NCBI GenBank assembly: GCA_014905635.1
Contig: JABVCE010000026.1
Coordinates: 62,001-126,000 of the forward strand
Origin: Scenedesmus sp. PABB004
Lineage: Eukaryota
Direction: 5' to 3'
Length of the DNA stretch: 64,000 nucleotides
The position numbers were made by a program, and so were the translations under genes. Shown in pieces: positions 23,072 to 34,400 of this stretch (positions within the stretch are counted from its first letter, which is position 1; each line of letters starts with the position of its first letter). The notes beneath the pieces are model-generated. The model saw only the letters and a program-made list of their open reading frames with translations, was not told the origin of the DNA and ran no database searches.

Positions 23072-25002
23072 GGTGTGTGTGTGGGTGTGTGGGTGTGGGT
23101 GTGGGTGGGTGGGTGGGTGGGTGTGCGTGTGTGTGTGTGTGGGGGGGGGTGGGAGGGGGAGGGGGGAGGGGGGAGGAGGGAGGAGGGGGAGGAGGGAGGG
23201 CGCGCGCGGGACGGCGGCGGCGCGCGCGCCCGGGCGCTGGTGCTGCTGTGTGCGCGGCGTGCGCGCGGGCGGCGGCGGCGCCGCACCGCACTGAGTAGCC
23301 CTCCGCCCGCGCCGCCGCGACCTGGGTGGTGAGGGCGTCGAGGTCGAGCCGCCACCCGCCAGCCTCGTCCAGCTCGTACTGCGGCCGGCGGCCGGCGGAC
23401 GGTGCAGGTGTGCGTGTGTGTGCGTGTGTGTGTGTGTGTGTGCGTGTGCGTGTGTGTGTGGGGGGGGGGAGAGGGGGGCCTCCTGCTGCGCCCTCCCGCC
23501 CCGGCGCGCGCACGCCAACCCCCCCTCCCACACGCGCGCGCGCCCCGCCCTCGCGCCGGCTCACCGGGAGCAGCTTGCCGCCGAAGAGGGCGATCGAGGC
23601 CGAGTAGAGCGGGTACTGGGGGATGGGCACCAGCACCGCGTCGCCCGGGCCGCGCAGCAGCGCGCTCAGCACGCCCCGCACGCCCGCGCTCGCGCCGTCG
23701 GTCAGGAAGATGTGCTGCCCGGGGGGGGGGGTGGTGGGTGGGTGTGGGTGTGGGGTGTGTGGGCGTGGGGTGCGCGGGTGTGTGGGTGTGGGTGTGTGGG
23801 TGGAGGGCGGCGCAAGGGGCCTGAACCCCGCCCGCGCCGCGCCGCGCCGCGCCGCGCCGCGCCGCGCCGCGCCGCGCCGCGCCGCGCCGCGCCGCCGCTG
23901 CACCTCGACGTCGGGGCGGTGCCCGTCGCGCGCCTCGATAAAGTCGGCCACCTCGCCCCGCACGCCGGGGTTGCCGCGCGAGTCGGTGTACCCGCCCATG
24001 CCGCCGGTGCCAAAGCTCGCCAGCAGGGCGCGCGCGCGCGCGATCGCGTCCGCCGGGAACAGCCCCGGCGTGGCGGGGTCGTCCAGCAGGAACGGCGCAG
24101 CGCACAGCGCGACGACCTGCGGCCGCGGCGCCCGGGGCGGCGCCCCGCGGCGCGGCAGCGGCGCGGCGTCACGCGCGCCCCGGCGCGGGGGGACGCGCGC
24201 GCCGCGCGCGCCGGCCCGGGCGCCGCGGCGCACCTGTCGCACAAAGGTCAGCGGCTTGGCGCCGAGCGCCTGCGGGTTGCCCACTGCGGCGGCGGCGGCG
24301 GCGCGCGCGCGCCGCGCGCGTGCGCGCGGGTCGGCCAGCCGGGCGCCCGCGTCCCACGGCGCGCCCGCTCGCTGCTCAGACGGCCGCGGCGCGCTGCACA
24401 GCCGCGCCGCCCCCCCCCCCCCCCCCCCCTCGCACACGCACGCGCACAGCACGCACACGCACGCAGCCGACTCTGCACCCGCCACACGCACGCGCTCCCC
24501 TCACGCACGCACGCGGCCGGCGCACCGTTGGTGTAGATGATCTCCCGCTGCTGCCGCTTGAGCTCCTCCGCGCGCAGGTAGAGCTCGCCGCGCACCGCGT
24601 ACTGCGCCTCCAACAGGCACGGGTTGAGCAGGTCCGGGTGCGCCACCTTGCCCTCCTTCTCGCTCGCCAGCGCCACGCGCGGCGGCGCGCCGGGGCGGTC
24701 CTGCGGGCGCGCGCGCGGCGCCGCGCGCTCGCGGCGCGCCCGCTGCCGCCGCCGCCGCCGCCGCCGCCGCGGCGCTGCGGCGCGCGGCGTCAGCGTGACG
24801 CTGGGCGCACCAGCGTCGCCAGCGGCATGTCGTCCCCGTCCAGGGACTCGAAGGAAGGCCCCGCGACCGCCTTCACCCGCACGGCGCGCGACCGGCCCCG
24901 CCGCCCGCCCGCCCGGCAGGAGCGCGTGACGGCGCTAGTCGGCGCGGCGGCGGCGGGCGATCGGCCCGCGCGCAGGCAGCGCGGGGCTCGCTGCAGCAGC
25001 AT
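21305..25002 (-). CDS. Alanine aminotransferase family protein with transit-like N-terminus (~11 exons)
   Basis: AQYAVRGEL, TN|VGNPQALG, GGYTDSRG, IFLTDGAS, PIPQYPLYSA, INPGNPTG, LADEVYQ, PLP site SFHSVSK|GTSGECGLRGGY, IPGSGFGQ..HFRTTFLP. Confidence 0.93.
21705..21890. repeat. (CACACG)n/(CA)n intronic microsatellite
   Basis: Read directly; lies in the last aminotransferase intron. Confidence 0.95.
22981..23140. repeat. (TG)n intronic microsatellite
   Basis: Read directly; abuts the minus-strand acceptor site. Confidence 0.95.
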
Positions 25003-25321
25003 CTCGTGCCGGGTGCGTGCCCGCAAACGGCGCGCCGGGGCGTGCCGGGAGTGGCGTGTGTGGGGATTCGAGGCCGAGGACAAGCGAATGCGCGGTCGCG
25101 GGGAGCTCGTTGGCGCTCACAGCGGTCAGGCCAGCCGAAACACGACCGAGCCATCAGAAAACCCCGCGACCGCTCAACGCGCGACCGTGACCGCTGAATG
25201 GGGCTCCCACGGCCCCAACACGACCTCCGGCGCAGCGCCCCAGCCGGCAGCCGCCACCGCGCACACGCGCCGCTACCGGCCGAGCGCTGCTGCTGCGGGT
25301 GCCGCCGCTGCGGACGGCGTG

Positions 25322-26324
25322 ATGCCGCCGCCGCCGCCGGCCGCCGACGACCCGCTGCCCGGCCTGCTGGCGGCGGTGCCGGACGGCCTGCTGCTGCTGC
25401 GCGACAGCGGCGCCGCGTCGGGCAGCTTCCTGCTGCCGTGGCTCGCGGCGGCCGCGCTGTCGCAGGGCGGCCGCGTCGTGGTCGTGGCCGCCGCCGCCTC
25501 CCCCGCCAAGTACGCCGCCGCGCTGAGGAAGCTCGGCGCGCCGCTGGCGGGCCGCGTCGCGTTCGCGGCGCCCGCGCTCGCGGAGCCGCCCGCGCGGCGG
25601 CTGCGCGCGCTGCTGCGCTACGTGCTCGCGCACGCGCGGGGGCTGCTCGCGCCGGAGCAGCAGCAGCAGGGGCCGGCGGCGGGCGCGCCGGAGCAGCAGC
25701 AGCGCGAGGCGGGGGAGCGTGCTGGCGCCCTGACGGTCATCGTCGACTCGCTGCCCTGCCTCTCCTGCCTGGCGGGCGACGGCGGTGGCTGCCGCGGCGC
25801 GTCGGCGGCGCTCGTGCACCAGCTCGCGGCGCTGGGGGAGGCGCTGCAGGTGCGGCGCCGCGGCGGGGGCCGGGCGCGGCGCGGGCGCCGTGCGCCGCGG
25901 CGTGCCCGCCGGCCGCCGACGCAGCCGCCGGCACCGCCTCCCCCTCCCTCGCCAGTCGCCGTGCCGCGTCGTGCTGCTGGCGGCGGGCGACGTCGCTGCG
26001 GACGCGGCGCTCGTGGCGGCCGCGGCGGCGCGCGCGGGCGCCGTCGCGGACGTCGCGCCGCTGGAGGGCCGCACCGCGGGCCTCGACGGCAGCCTGACGA
26101 TCACCGTGCGGCGCGCGCCCGCGCCGCCGCGGCGAGCGCGGCCGTCGCAGCAGCAGGAGCAGGGGCAGCAGGGGCGGCAGCAGTTGCAGCGGCAGGCGGG
26201 CGACCTAGCTGCGCGCGTGTGGTTGCCGCCCGGGGGCAGCGAGCGCTGGTTCTTCCGCGCGGGCGACGTGGGCGTGCGCTGGCTGCGCGCGGTGGGGGGG
26301 AGGGAGCTGATGGCAGCGAGCTGA
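25322..26324 (+). CDS. ELP6: Elongator complex subunit ELP6-like (2 exons)
   Basis: LLLLRDSGAASGSFLL..RVVVV..KYAAALRKLG, VIVDSL, and DVAPLEGRTAGLDGSLTI match the ELP6 RecA-like pattern. Confidence 0.72.
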
Positions 26325-27270
26325 GCGCGTGGTCAACCGTGTTGCAACCCTCCGCCGGGCTCCCCAGCCTCGCCGCCGCCGCGGGAGCAGCGCCTGCCGG
26401 CGGACTTGACACGGTCAAGTCCGGTGTCAATGACACCAGCGTCCGGGGGGATGGGGGCGGCGCGGGCGCCCCGAGGGGCGCCCCAACGCCGCAGCGCGCC
26501 AGCAGTCGCCGCGCGCCGCCCTGGCGGCGCGCGGCAGATCGCTGCCAGACGACCAAGCCCGGGCAGTGCACGGCGGCTCTCGCCGCCAAAAATCCTGGCC
26601 TACGGCAGCCCCTGGTCTAGCGTCGCGGCGCAAACCAGGCGGGCGCCCGGCGGCACGCAGCCGCACGTGCGCGCCGCCCTCGCGATCAGACTGTCAACGG
26701 GAATCAGAGCAGGGTGGCGAGGAGGGGATGAGGCAGGCCGCCGCCTCCCCCGGGACGCGGGCCCGCCGAGCGAGCGTGCCAGCGCGGTGTGTGTGTAGTG
26801 TGTGGGTGTGTGTAGTGTGTAGGTGGGTGGGTGTGAGCGTGTGAGCGTGTGCAAGGGACCAATCTGACGAGCCCCCCGCGCAATCAATCAAGGCCGCGAT
26901 GCAAGGCCAGTACAGGGGTCGCGGGCGGGCCAGGCCGGGCCCGCCCGCGGCTACGGCGTTGAGAGTGCGCACGCGAACACCACAAAGCGTCGACCGTGCT
27001 TCTTTCTTTCCTGCCGCGCCGCGCGCAGTGCTCAAACTGCGCGCGCGGCGCCGGCAATCGCCGCCGCCGCGCACAGCGGCGCCGCCGCCGCCCCAAATCG
27101 GGGCATCCACTCGCAGCCGCTGCAGCTGCGGCCTCTCCCCAGCCAGTCCTGTCCGCCCGCGCCCCAGCTTCGGCCCCAGCCACAGCCCGCCCGCAGGCGC
27201 ACGCCGCGCCGCCCTCCCGCGACCAGCCACGGAGGCAGATCGCGGGGGCAGGGCACTCAGCGCCGCGGCT

Positions 27271-27333
<63 letters not shown>
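27271..27333. repeat. (CAG)21 microsatellite
   Basis: Read directly. Confidence 0.95.
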
Positions 27334-27337
<4 letters not shown>

Positions 27338-27652
27338 GGCCGCAGCCGCCGCCAGTACGTGAGTTAGAGAAGGCGTCATCACCGCGACCTCAAAATCAAC
27401 CATACCAACTTCAAGTGCAGCCGGCTGTCAAGCAAACGAACAAACGAGCAAACGAACCGCCGCCTCTTTGATTCGCACCGCCGCCGCCATGTGGCGGCCC
27501 GCCGCGCCCGCCGCGCTATCCTGCGGCAGGGCTCTGGCCCTGCCCGTCCCTGCGCGCTGCGGCGCTCCAAGCAACGCCGGCCAGCCGCGGACCTACTAGG
27601 GTCGTGGTGGTGTGCTAAGGGCGCGGCGCCGCGCCGCGCGCGCGCCGCAGCG

Positions 27653-29029
27653 TCACGCGACCGGCGCGCGCTGCGGGCGGCCGTGGCGGCGACCGCCGCC
27701 CTTCATGCGCTTGCGCGCCTCCGCGTGTGCGCCGACGCGGCCCAGCGGGCACACGGGGGCGCCCTCGCCGTCGCTGCCGCGCTCGCAGCCGCCGTCCGAC
27801 GCGCCCGGCAGGTCAAAGCGCACGCGCTTGGCCGCGGGGCCGCACGGCGCGCCGGCGCCCGTGTCACTGAGCACGCTGCCGGCGCGGCTCAGAGGCTCGG
27901 CGGCCGCTGGCGCCGGCGACGCGCAGCCGATGGGCGGCGGGCTGGCGCTGCCGCGCGGGGCCTGCTGCTCGTCGTCGCTCTGCTCGCAGCCGCGCCGGCC
28001 GCGCGCGCCGCCGGTGCTGCCGGCGACGCGCCGCAGCAGGGCTGCGGCGCTGCCCGCCGTGCGGGCGCGGCGCGGGGTGTTGCGCGCCGCCCTGGCCGCG
28101 GTCACGCCGGGGTGCCGGTCGGCGCCCGCCGCGCTCGGCGCCGGGGCGGCCGCCGGCGGCGCGGCCGCGAGGCGGGCGCCGCCGCCCGTGTGCAGCGGGT
28201 GCGGGCGCGCCGACGGGTCGCCGAGCGCCGCCCGCACCGTGGCCGCGACCTGCTGCAGCAGCGCCGTGGCGTCCCCGCTGGGCAGCGCGAGGCGTGGGAG
28301 CGGCGCCGCGGCGCCGGCGCCGCCGCGCGCGGGCGCCAGCTGCGGCACGCTCTCCTGCTGGCGCGCGAGGCGCTGCGCGCGCAGCTCCTGCTGCAGCTCC
28401 GCCAGCTCCGCGGGCGCCAGCTGCGACAGGCCGTGGCGCATCGCGCGCTTGAAGCTCGCCGCGTCCGGCTCGGCGCCGGGCGTCGCGAGCAGCGCGCGCG
28501 GCACCCAGCCCGTCGCCGCCGCGGGCATGTGGGCGGTGCAGGCGAGGTCGCCCGTCTGCTGCGACTCGGCGCTGCTGGCGGGGCCGTGCTGCTGGTGGGC
28601 GCCCCACGGCTGCGCGAGCGGCGCCGCTGCCTTCAGGGCCAGCTCTGCGCGACGCGGCGCGGCGCGGCGGCGCGGCGGTGAGCGACCACGCGGCAGCGAG
28701 AGGGCGCGCCAGGCAGCGCACGCGACAGAGCGGGCGCGCAGGGCGCACGCAGGCAGCACTACACGCAGCCGCGCGGGCGGCCGCAGCCGCCCGGGCAGCG
28801 CAGCGCGCGCCCACGGCGCGGCCGCCCGGCGCGGGCGCGCGTGCGTGCCGCGCTGGCGCTCTCCGCGCGGCGCTGGCGCGTGGGGCGGCCGCGCTGGGGC
28901 GCCCGGCGGGGGTGATGCGTGCGTGCCCAGGCCCGCCGGCCCGCCAGCGCCCCCAGCGCGCGCTGGCGCTGCGTGCCGGGCGCGCTCACCCGGGAGGCCG
29001 CCGGGCAGCGCGGCGCCGACGCGCAGCAT
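27653..29029 (-). CDS. Hypothetical Ala/Pro-rich protein (probably 2 or more exons)
   Basis: Coding-like exon ELALKAAAP..FKRAMRHGLSQL..ELQQELRAQRL..AAKRVRFDL. GT donor near 28989 and AG acceptor near 28645. The start codon is uncertain. Confidence 0.5.
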   Translation of the reverse strand: MLRVGAALPGGLPGERARHAAPARAGGAGGPAGLGTHASPPPGAPARPPHAPAPRGERQRGTHARPRRAAAPWARAALPGRLRPPARLRVVLPACALRARSVACAAWRALSLPRGRSPPRRRAAPRRAELALKAAAPLAQPWGAHQQHGPASSAESQQTGDLACTAHMPAAATGWVPRALLATPGAEPDAASFKRAMRHGLSQLAPAELAELQQELRAQRLARQQESVPQLAPARGGAGAAAPLPRLALPSGDATALLQQVAATVRAALGDPSARPHPLHTGGGARLAAAPPAAAPAPSAAGADRHPGVTAARAARNTPRRARTAGSAAALLRRVAGSTGGARGRRGCEQSDDEQQAPRGSASPPPIGCASPAPAAAEPLSRAGSVLSDTGAGAPCGPAAKRVRFDLPGASDGGCERGSDGEGAPVCPLGRVGAHAEARKRMKGGGRRHGRPQRAPVA

Positions 29030-30062
29030 GGCGAGGCGAGCGAGGCCCGCGCCTCCCACGGCGGGCCGGGGCGCTCAATCAGGGGAGCCGCGCCTGCGGC
29101 GGGCGGGCGGCAGCAGGCCTGATGAGCCTGACGCCGGCATTGGCCTGGCCAGCACGCCTCCGCCGCGGCGCCGCAGGGCGAGGGGTCATCGCGCCGCGAG
29201 CGCGCCGCCTCACCTGGCCGGGCTCGCTCGTGCTCGCTGCGTCCTCCTCTGCGCGCTGTTCGTCGCTCCGCGTGCGGCGGCGGAGAGTGATGCTGCTCGC
29301 GCCCAATCTTGGCGCGCGTCACGCGCGGCGGGCGCTGGCGCGCGATGGGGGGCGCTGTGGAGGGCGGAGGGAGCCGGCAAACAACGCCCGCCACGGCGCG
29401 AGGGCAGGCGCCCCGCGGAGAGGGCGCGGCGGTTGCGCGCTGACCGGCCGTGCGGGCGTCTCCGGCGCACGGGCAGGGGACGCTGTCACCGCGAGCACGA
29501 CTGGCGCCGCGCGCGGCCGCGCCGCCGCCGACCGCCGCGCCGCCAGCGGCGCGCGAGCGCGTGGCGGTGAGCGTGCACGCGCGGGCTGGGGCCTGGCGCG
29601 GCGGCGCGTTGGGAGCTCGGTCGCGCAAAAGGTCACACAGCCTCAACGCTCACGCCGCGCTCTCGCTCTTTGGGGGCGCCAAATCACGCTCGCGTCGGTC
29701 AACCGCCCGACGCACAACACGAGAGCAGCCGCGCCCGACACTCTCAGCAGCAGCCAGAGTTGATGTACAACAGCTACAAAGCGCCCAAGCGCATGCGCGA
29801 GAGGGTCTGCCCGAGGTGAAAAAGCCGGCCGGCCGCGCGGCCAGCCGGCGCTGCGGCGCTGCGGCCGCGCGCGCGTCGCAGCGCGCGAGGACCGTCGACA
29901 AAACAGCTCGCGTTCGCCAACCACACTCGCGAGGCCGCTCCGGCTCGCCCCCCGCTACTACAAGCCCGCTCCGCCGGCGGGTGCCGCTCCGCTCTGCCGC
30001 TCCCCCGGCCGCCGCTCCCTGCCGCCCCCTCCGTCCCGGCGCGACCACGGGCGCGCGCGCGC

Positions 30063-31112
30063 TCACGCGCCCAGGTGCAGCAGCGTGCCCAGGCCCGCGC
30101 TGAGCTCGCTGTAGCTGTGCAGCAGCACGCCCGCCTCGAGCGCCGCGAGCACGAGCCCCGGCGCCGAGCCCGCCGCGAGGCCGGCGCGCGCGCGCTTCTT
30201 GATGCGGTTGGCCCGCCTGAACTGGCCGAGCAGCACCGCCGCGAGCGCGCCGCGCGCCGCGACGTCGGCGCGCTCCAGCGCGCTCAGCTCGCCCGCGGCG
30301 AGCGCGCCGCGCGCCGCCGTGCGCAGCGCGCCCGGGCCGGCGGCGGGCGCGGGCGGCGGCGCGCCGCCGCCGCCGCCGCCGCCGCCGGGGGCGGCCGCGC
30401 CGGCGGGCGCGCACGCGCGCCGCACGAGCGCCGCCGCCGCCGCCTCGGCGAGCTGGTCGCTCAGCGACAGCGCGGGCGACAGCTGCCGCGCGGGCGCCGC
30501 GCCCGGCGCGCCCGACGCCGCGCGCGCGAGGGCGAGCGCCGCGATGGCGCTGACGCCGAGGCGCAGCGCCGTGCTGTGGTCGCCGGCGAGGTCGGTGACC
30601 GCAAAGCACTGCGTGAAGAGGCCCAGCTCGTCGCGCGCGCTGACGGCCGCGCCGCCGAGCAGCGCGGCGAGCCCCGGCGCGGCCGCGGCCGCCTTCTCGG
30701 CGAGCCACGACGCGGCGGCGCCGTTGGCGAGCAGCGCCGCGGGCGCGGCGCCGACGACCGGCGTCAGCTTGGCGACGTCGCCGAGCACCTCGCAGACGTC
30801 GTCGAACGACGCGGCCGCGGCGCAGGGGTCGGTGAGCGCGTCGATCAGCGCCGTCGCGCCCTCCTCGGAAAGGCGCGGCAGCGCGGCGGCGGCGCACCCG
30901 CCGCGCGCGCTGCCGGCGCGCGAGAGCCCGGCGCACCCGCCGTGCGCGCTGCCAGCGCGCGAGAGCCCGGCGCTGAGCTGGCGGGACAGGCCGGCGCCCT
31001 CCGCGGACGCCCGGCGCCCCAGCGCGGCGGCGACGCAAGCGCCGCCGGCGCCGGCGCCCCCAAACGGGCTGGCCGCGGGCCGGTGGCCCGACGGCGCCGC
31101 GGTGAGCCGCAT
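30063..31112 (-). CDS. Hypothetical protein
   Basis: ATG 31112 ORF with coding-like core SFDDVCEVLGDVAKL..DELGLFTQCFAVTDL..LLGQFRRANRIKKR. The 3' end may be spliced. Confidence 0.6.
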   Translation of the reverse strand: MRLTAAPSGHRPAASPFGGAGAGGACVAAALGRRASAEGAGLSRQLSAGLSRAGSAHGGCAGLSRAGSARGGCAAAALPRLSEEGATALIDALTDPCAAAASFDDVCEVLGDVAKLTPVVGAAPAALLANGAAASWLAEKAAAAAPGLAALLGGAAVSARDELGLFTQCFAVTDLAGDHSTALRLGVSAIAALALARAASGAPGAAPARQLSPALSLSDQLAEAAAAALVRRACAPAGAAAPGGGGGGGGAPPPAPAAGPGALRTAARGALAAGELSALERADVAARGALAAVLLGQFRRANRIKKRARAGLAAGSAPGLVLAALEAGVLLHSYSELSAGLGTLLHLGA

Positions 31113-31464
31113 GGCGACGTCGCGAGGCGCTGCTGGAGTCACGGCTCCAAGTGACGTGTGATGCGCGCGTTCACGAAGCGATCGCTGGCGCTGCGCGTGA
31201 CTGTGGGCGTGGAGCGCGGGCGGTGGCGCGATGCGCAGGTATATGGCGGGCGTGCGGGGGCGCAGCACCTATTTTGTCATTCCGCGGTTCTGGCCCGTTC
31301 GCCTGCCCACGCCTGCCGGATCGGGCCCCAGGCGGCTGCAATGCGCGGCCCCAGCGTGCGCGCGGGCTCGCCGCGGGCTCGCGCACACACGGCGCGGCGG
31401 CGCGCGGCCGCCGGCGGGCCCGCGCATCGTCAGCGGCTGGTAGCTCCGTGATCGGCGCCCAACG

Positions 31465-34400
31465 ATGGCGGACGCGGGCTTGCAGGCGCAGCTGAAGGGC
31501 CTCGGGCACGCCTCGCCGCTGTTTCGCCGCCAGGCGGCGTTCGGCGTGTTCGCGCTGCTGCAGGCGCACCCGGGCGTGCACAAGGATGCCGTGCAGGACG
31601 CCGTGCTGGCCTGCCTGTGCAGCCGGCACATGGTGCGCGCGGCGACGGCCGCGACGGCGCGGGGCGGAGCGCGCCGCTGCTGCCGCGCCTGCCGACGGCA
31701 GGCGCTGCCGCACGCAGGACGTGGTGGAGGAGGGCGTGGTGCAGCTGCTGGCGACGGCCGCCAAGCGGGCAGCAGGTCCGGCGGCGCACCGGCGCGCGGC
31801 GGCCGCTGGCAGCAGGCTGTGCCGCGGCCGCTGCCGCGCGGCGCCGCCGCCAACCGCCGCGCCGCGCCGACGCAGGGCTGGCGCCCGAGTCGGCGCTGCA
31901 CCTGCTGCTGCTGGCGCTCACGACCGCAGGTGCGCAGCCGTCGAGCGGCGGCGCGGGCGCTGCTGCAAGCAGGCAGCTCTGCGCACGCGCCCGCTCTGCC
32001 ACGCGGGCGCGGCCTCGCCCACCGCGCCGTGCGCCCCGGTGCCGCCGCCGCTGCCCGGCACCCAGGCACCACTGCCGCGCCGCTGCTGGCCGGCGGCGTC
32101 GTTCCGCTGCTGCGGCAGGCGGCGAGCAGCGGCGGCGGGGGACGGCGGCGGCCGGGGCCAGGCTCCCCGCCGGCTCGCAGCACCCGCTGTGCTCGGCGCT
32201 GCTGAGCCACCCCGGCGCCGCGGGCGCCGTGCTCACCGCCGCCACCGACTGGCTGGCCGCCGAGCTGGGCCGCGCGGCACCATCCGAGGTGGCGGCGGCG
32301 GCGGCTGACGGTCCGTGCTGCGGCGTCGGCGGCAGCGGCGGCCTCGCGGGCGCGTGGGCGGTGGTGCGGCCGTTCTTTTCGTACGTGCTCTCCGACGCGG
32401 CGGGCGGCGACAGCGGAGTGGGGAGGTGCACGGCGGGCGCGTGCCTCTCGCAGCTGCTGTGCCTCAGCAGCTGCGACCCCGCCGCCGCGCAGCTGCTGCT
32501 GCCGTTCCTGCTGCGCCAGATGCTGCTGTGGCGCGCGGACAGCGCCGCGTCCAGGTGCGCGCGAGCGCGCGCGGCGCCGGCGGTCCCGGTCGCAGCTTCC
32601 CGCGCCGCGCCGCCCGCCGCGGCCGCCGACCCGTGCGGCGCCGCGCCGCGCCGCGCCGTGCCCGCCGCCAGGCTGGCTGCCGCGCAGGCGCTGTCGGACG
32701 TGCTGGATGTGCTCGCCGCGCACAGCGAGGGCGACGACGGCGGCAGCCCGCCATCGTGGTGGCTGCCGGCCTGCGCCGACGCGGGCAGCCTGCTGCTGCT
32801 GCTCGCGTGCCGCTGCGTGTCGCCAGCGGCGGCGGGCGGCGTGGGCTGCGGCGGGCTGGGGCTGCTGGCGCCGCTGCTGTGGCGCCTGGGCGGCGCGCTG
32901 GCGCCGGGCCTGTGGCGCGGCGAGCTGCTGCAGCTGGGTTGGCTGCTGCTGAGCTGCAGCAGCCAGCAGGTGCGGACGGCGGCGCGCCCGCCCGCGGCGG
33001 CACGGGGGGCAGGCGTGTGCGCCCGGTTGGGCCGCGGGCTGACCTGCCCTCCCCCCCCCTCTCCCCTTCCCCCATTCGCAGGAGCAGGCGCTGCTCACCA
33101 GGCTGATCCGCGCGCAGCTGCAGCACGGCAGCGGCGCCGGCGCACGGGCGGAGCAGGCAGCCGCGCCGTGGGCGTGCGCGGCGCTGCAGCTGCCGCTGCT
33201 GCAGCAGCTGGTGTTTGGCACGAGCGGGGCAGCCAAGGCCTGGGCGGCCGCGGCGCTAGCGCAGCTGCAGCAGCAGCCGACGCCGCCGGCGCCGGTCGCG
33301 CCGCCGCCCCCGTCGGCCGTGGCGGGCGAGCAGGGCCCACTGGCGGCCCTGGCCGCGGTGCAGCAGCTCCTGGGGGCGTGGTGGGCAGAGCCCGCTCAGT
33401 CGCTGGCCTGGCTGGCGGGCCTCGCGTGCAGCCTGGACGCGCTGGAGCAGGCGGGGCCCGGCGCCGGCGGCGCGGGCGCCGGCGGGGTCACCGCGCTGAC
33501 GGTGCCGCTGCCGGCTGCCAGCGCGGTGCGCGGCCTGGAGGCGGCCGGCGGCGGCGACGACACTGCCGCGGTGCTCGCCAGCGTGGGGGGCCTGGCCTGG
33601 TTCAGCAGCCACGGCCTCTCTCCCGCGCTGCAGCTGCTGCTCGCTGCGGCGCTGGCGCACCCTCGTGACGACGTCGCCGAGGCGGCCGCGGGCATCGCGG
33701 CGCGGCTGGCGCTGGCGCTGCCGCAGCTTGGCCCGGGGCTTCTGCCGCTGGCGCTCGCGCAGCTGCGCCGCGCGGCCGCCGATGCGGGCGGCGCGGGCGG
33801 CGCGGGCGCGCCGCGCCGCGCGTGTGCGCTGCTGGGCCTGCTGCCGTGCATGTGCAGGGAATCGGCCACTGCGTCCCTGGTGTGGCGCATGTTGGGTCCG
33901 TTGCTCGCGGTCCGCGCGCCCCGCGCCCACCTGCGCACCGACCCCGCGGCCAGCACCGGGCTGGCGCGCGCGGTGGCGGTCGCGCTCGCGGCCGGCGCGT
34001 GGCAGCGCACGGGGCGCGGGTGGGGGCGCGCCGAGGCTGCCATCAATGGCTGCATGCCGCCGCCCGGCAGCCTGGGCGGCGCCGGGCCGCCGGCCGCGGC
34101 CGAGCCGCCAGAGCTCAAGCTGCTGCGCGCGGCCGCCGCCGAGTGCGTGGCAGCTGCTGCCGCGCGCGGCGCCGGCCGCGTCGGGGGCCGCTGCGCCTCA
34201 CGCGACGCCCTGCCCCACTCCGCCCCGCCCCGCCGCCGCCGCCGCCGCCGCCGCGGCTCTCGCCAGGGGCGTAGTGTTTGCCAGCTCGGGGCGCGGCCTG
34301 GAGCTGCTGGGCTGCCTGCAGGCGTGCCTCCAGGACGCGGACGCCGCGCCCGCGGCCGCCGCGGCGGCGCTGGGCGCGCTGGACGCGCTGCTGGAGCGCG

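Noticed and set aside
26884..27471. Poly-Gln, poly-Leu and poly-Ser ORFs over the (CAG)21 tract
   Set aside because: No coding-like flanks or domain; most likely a UTR or intergenic microsatellite.
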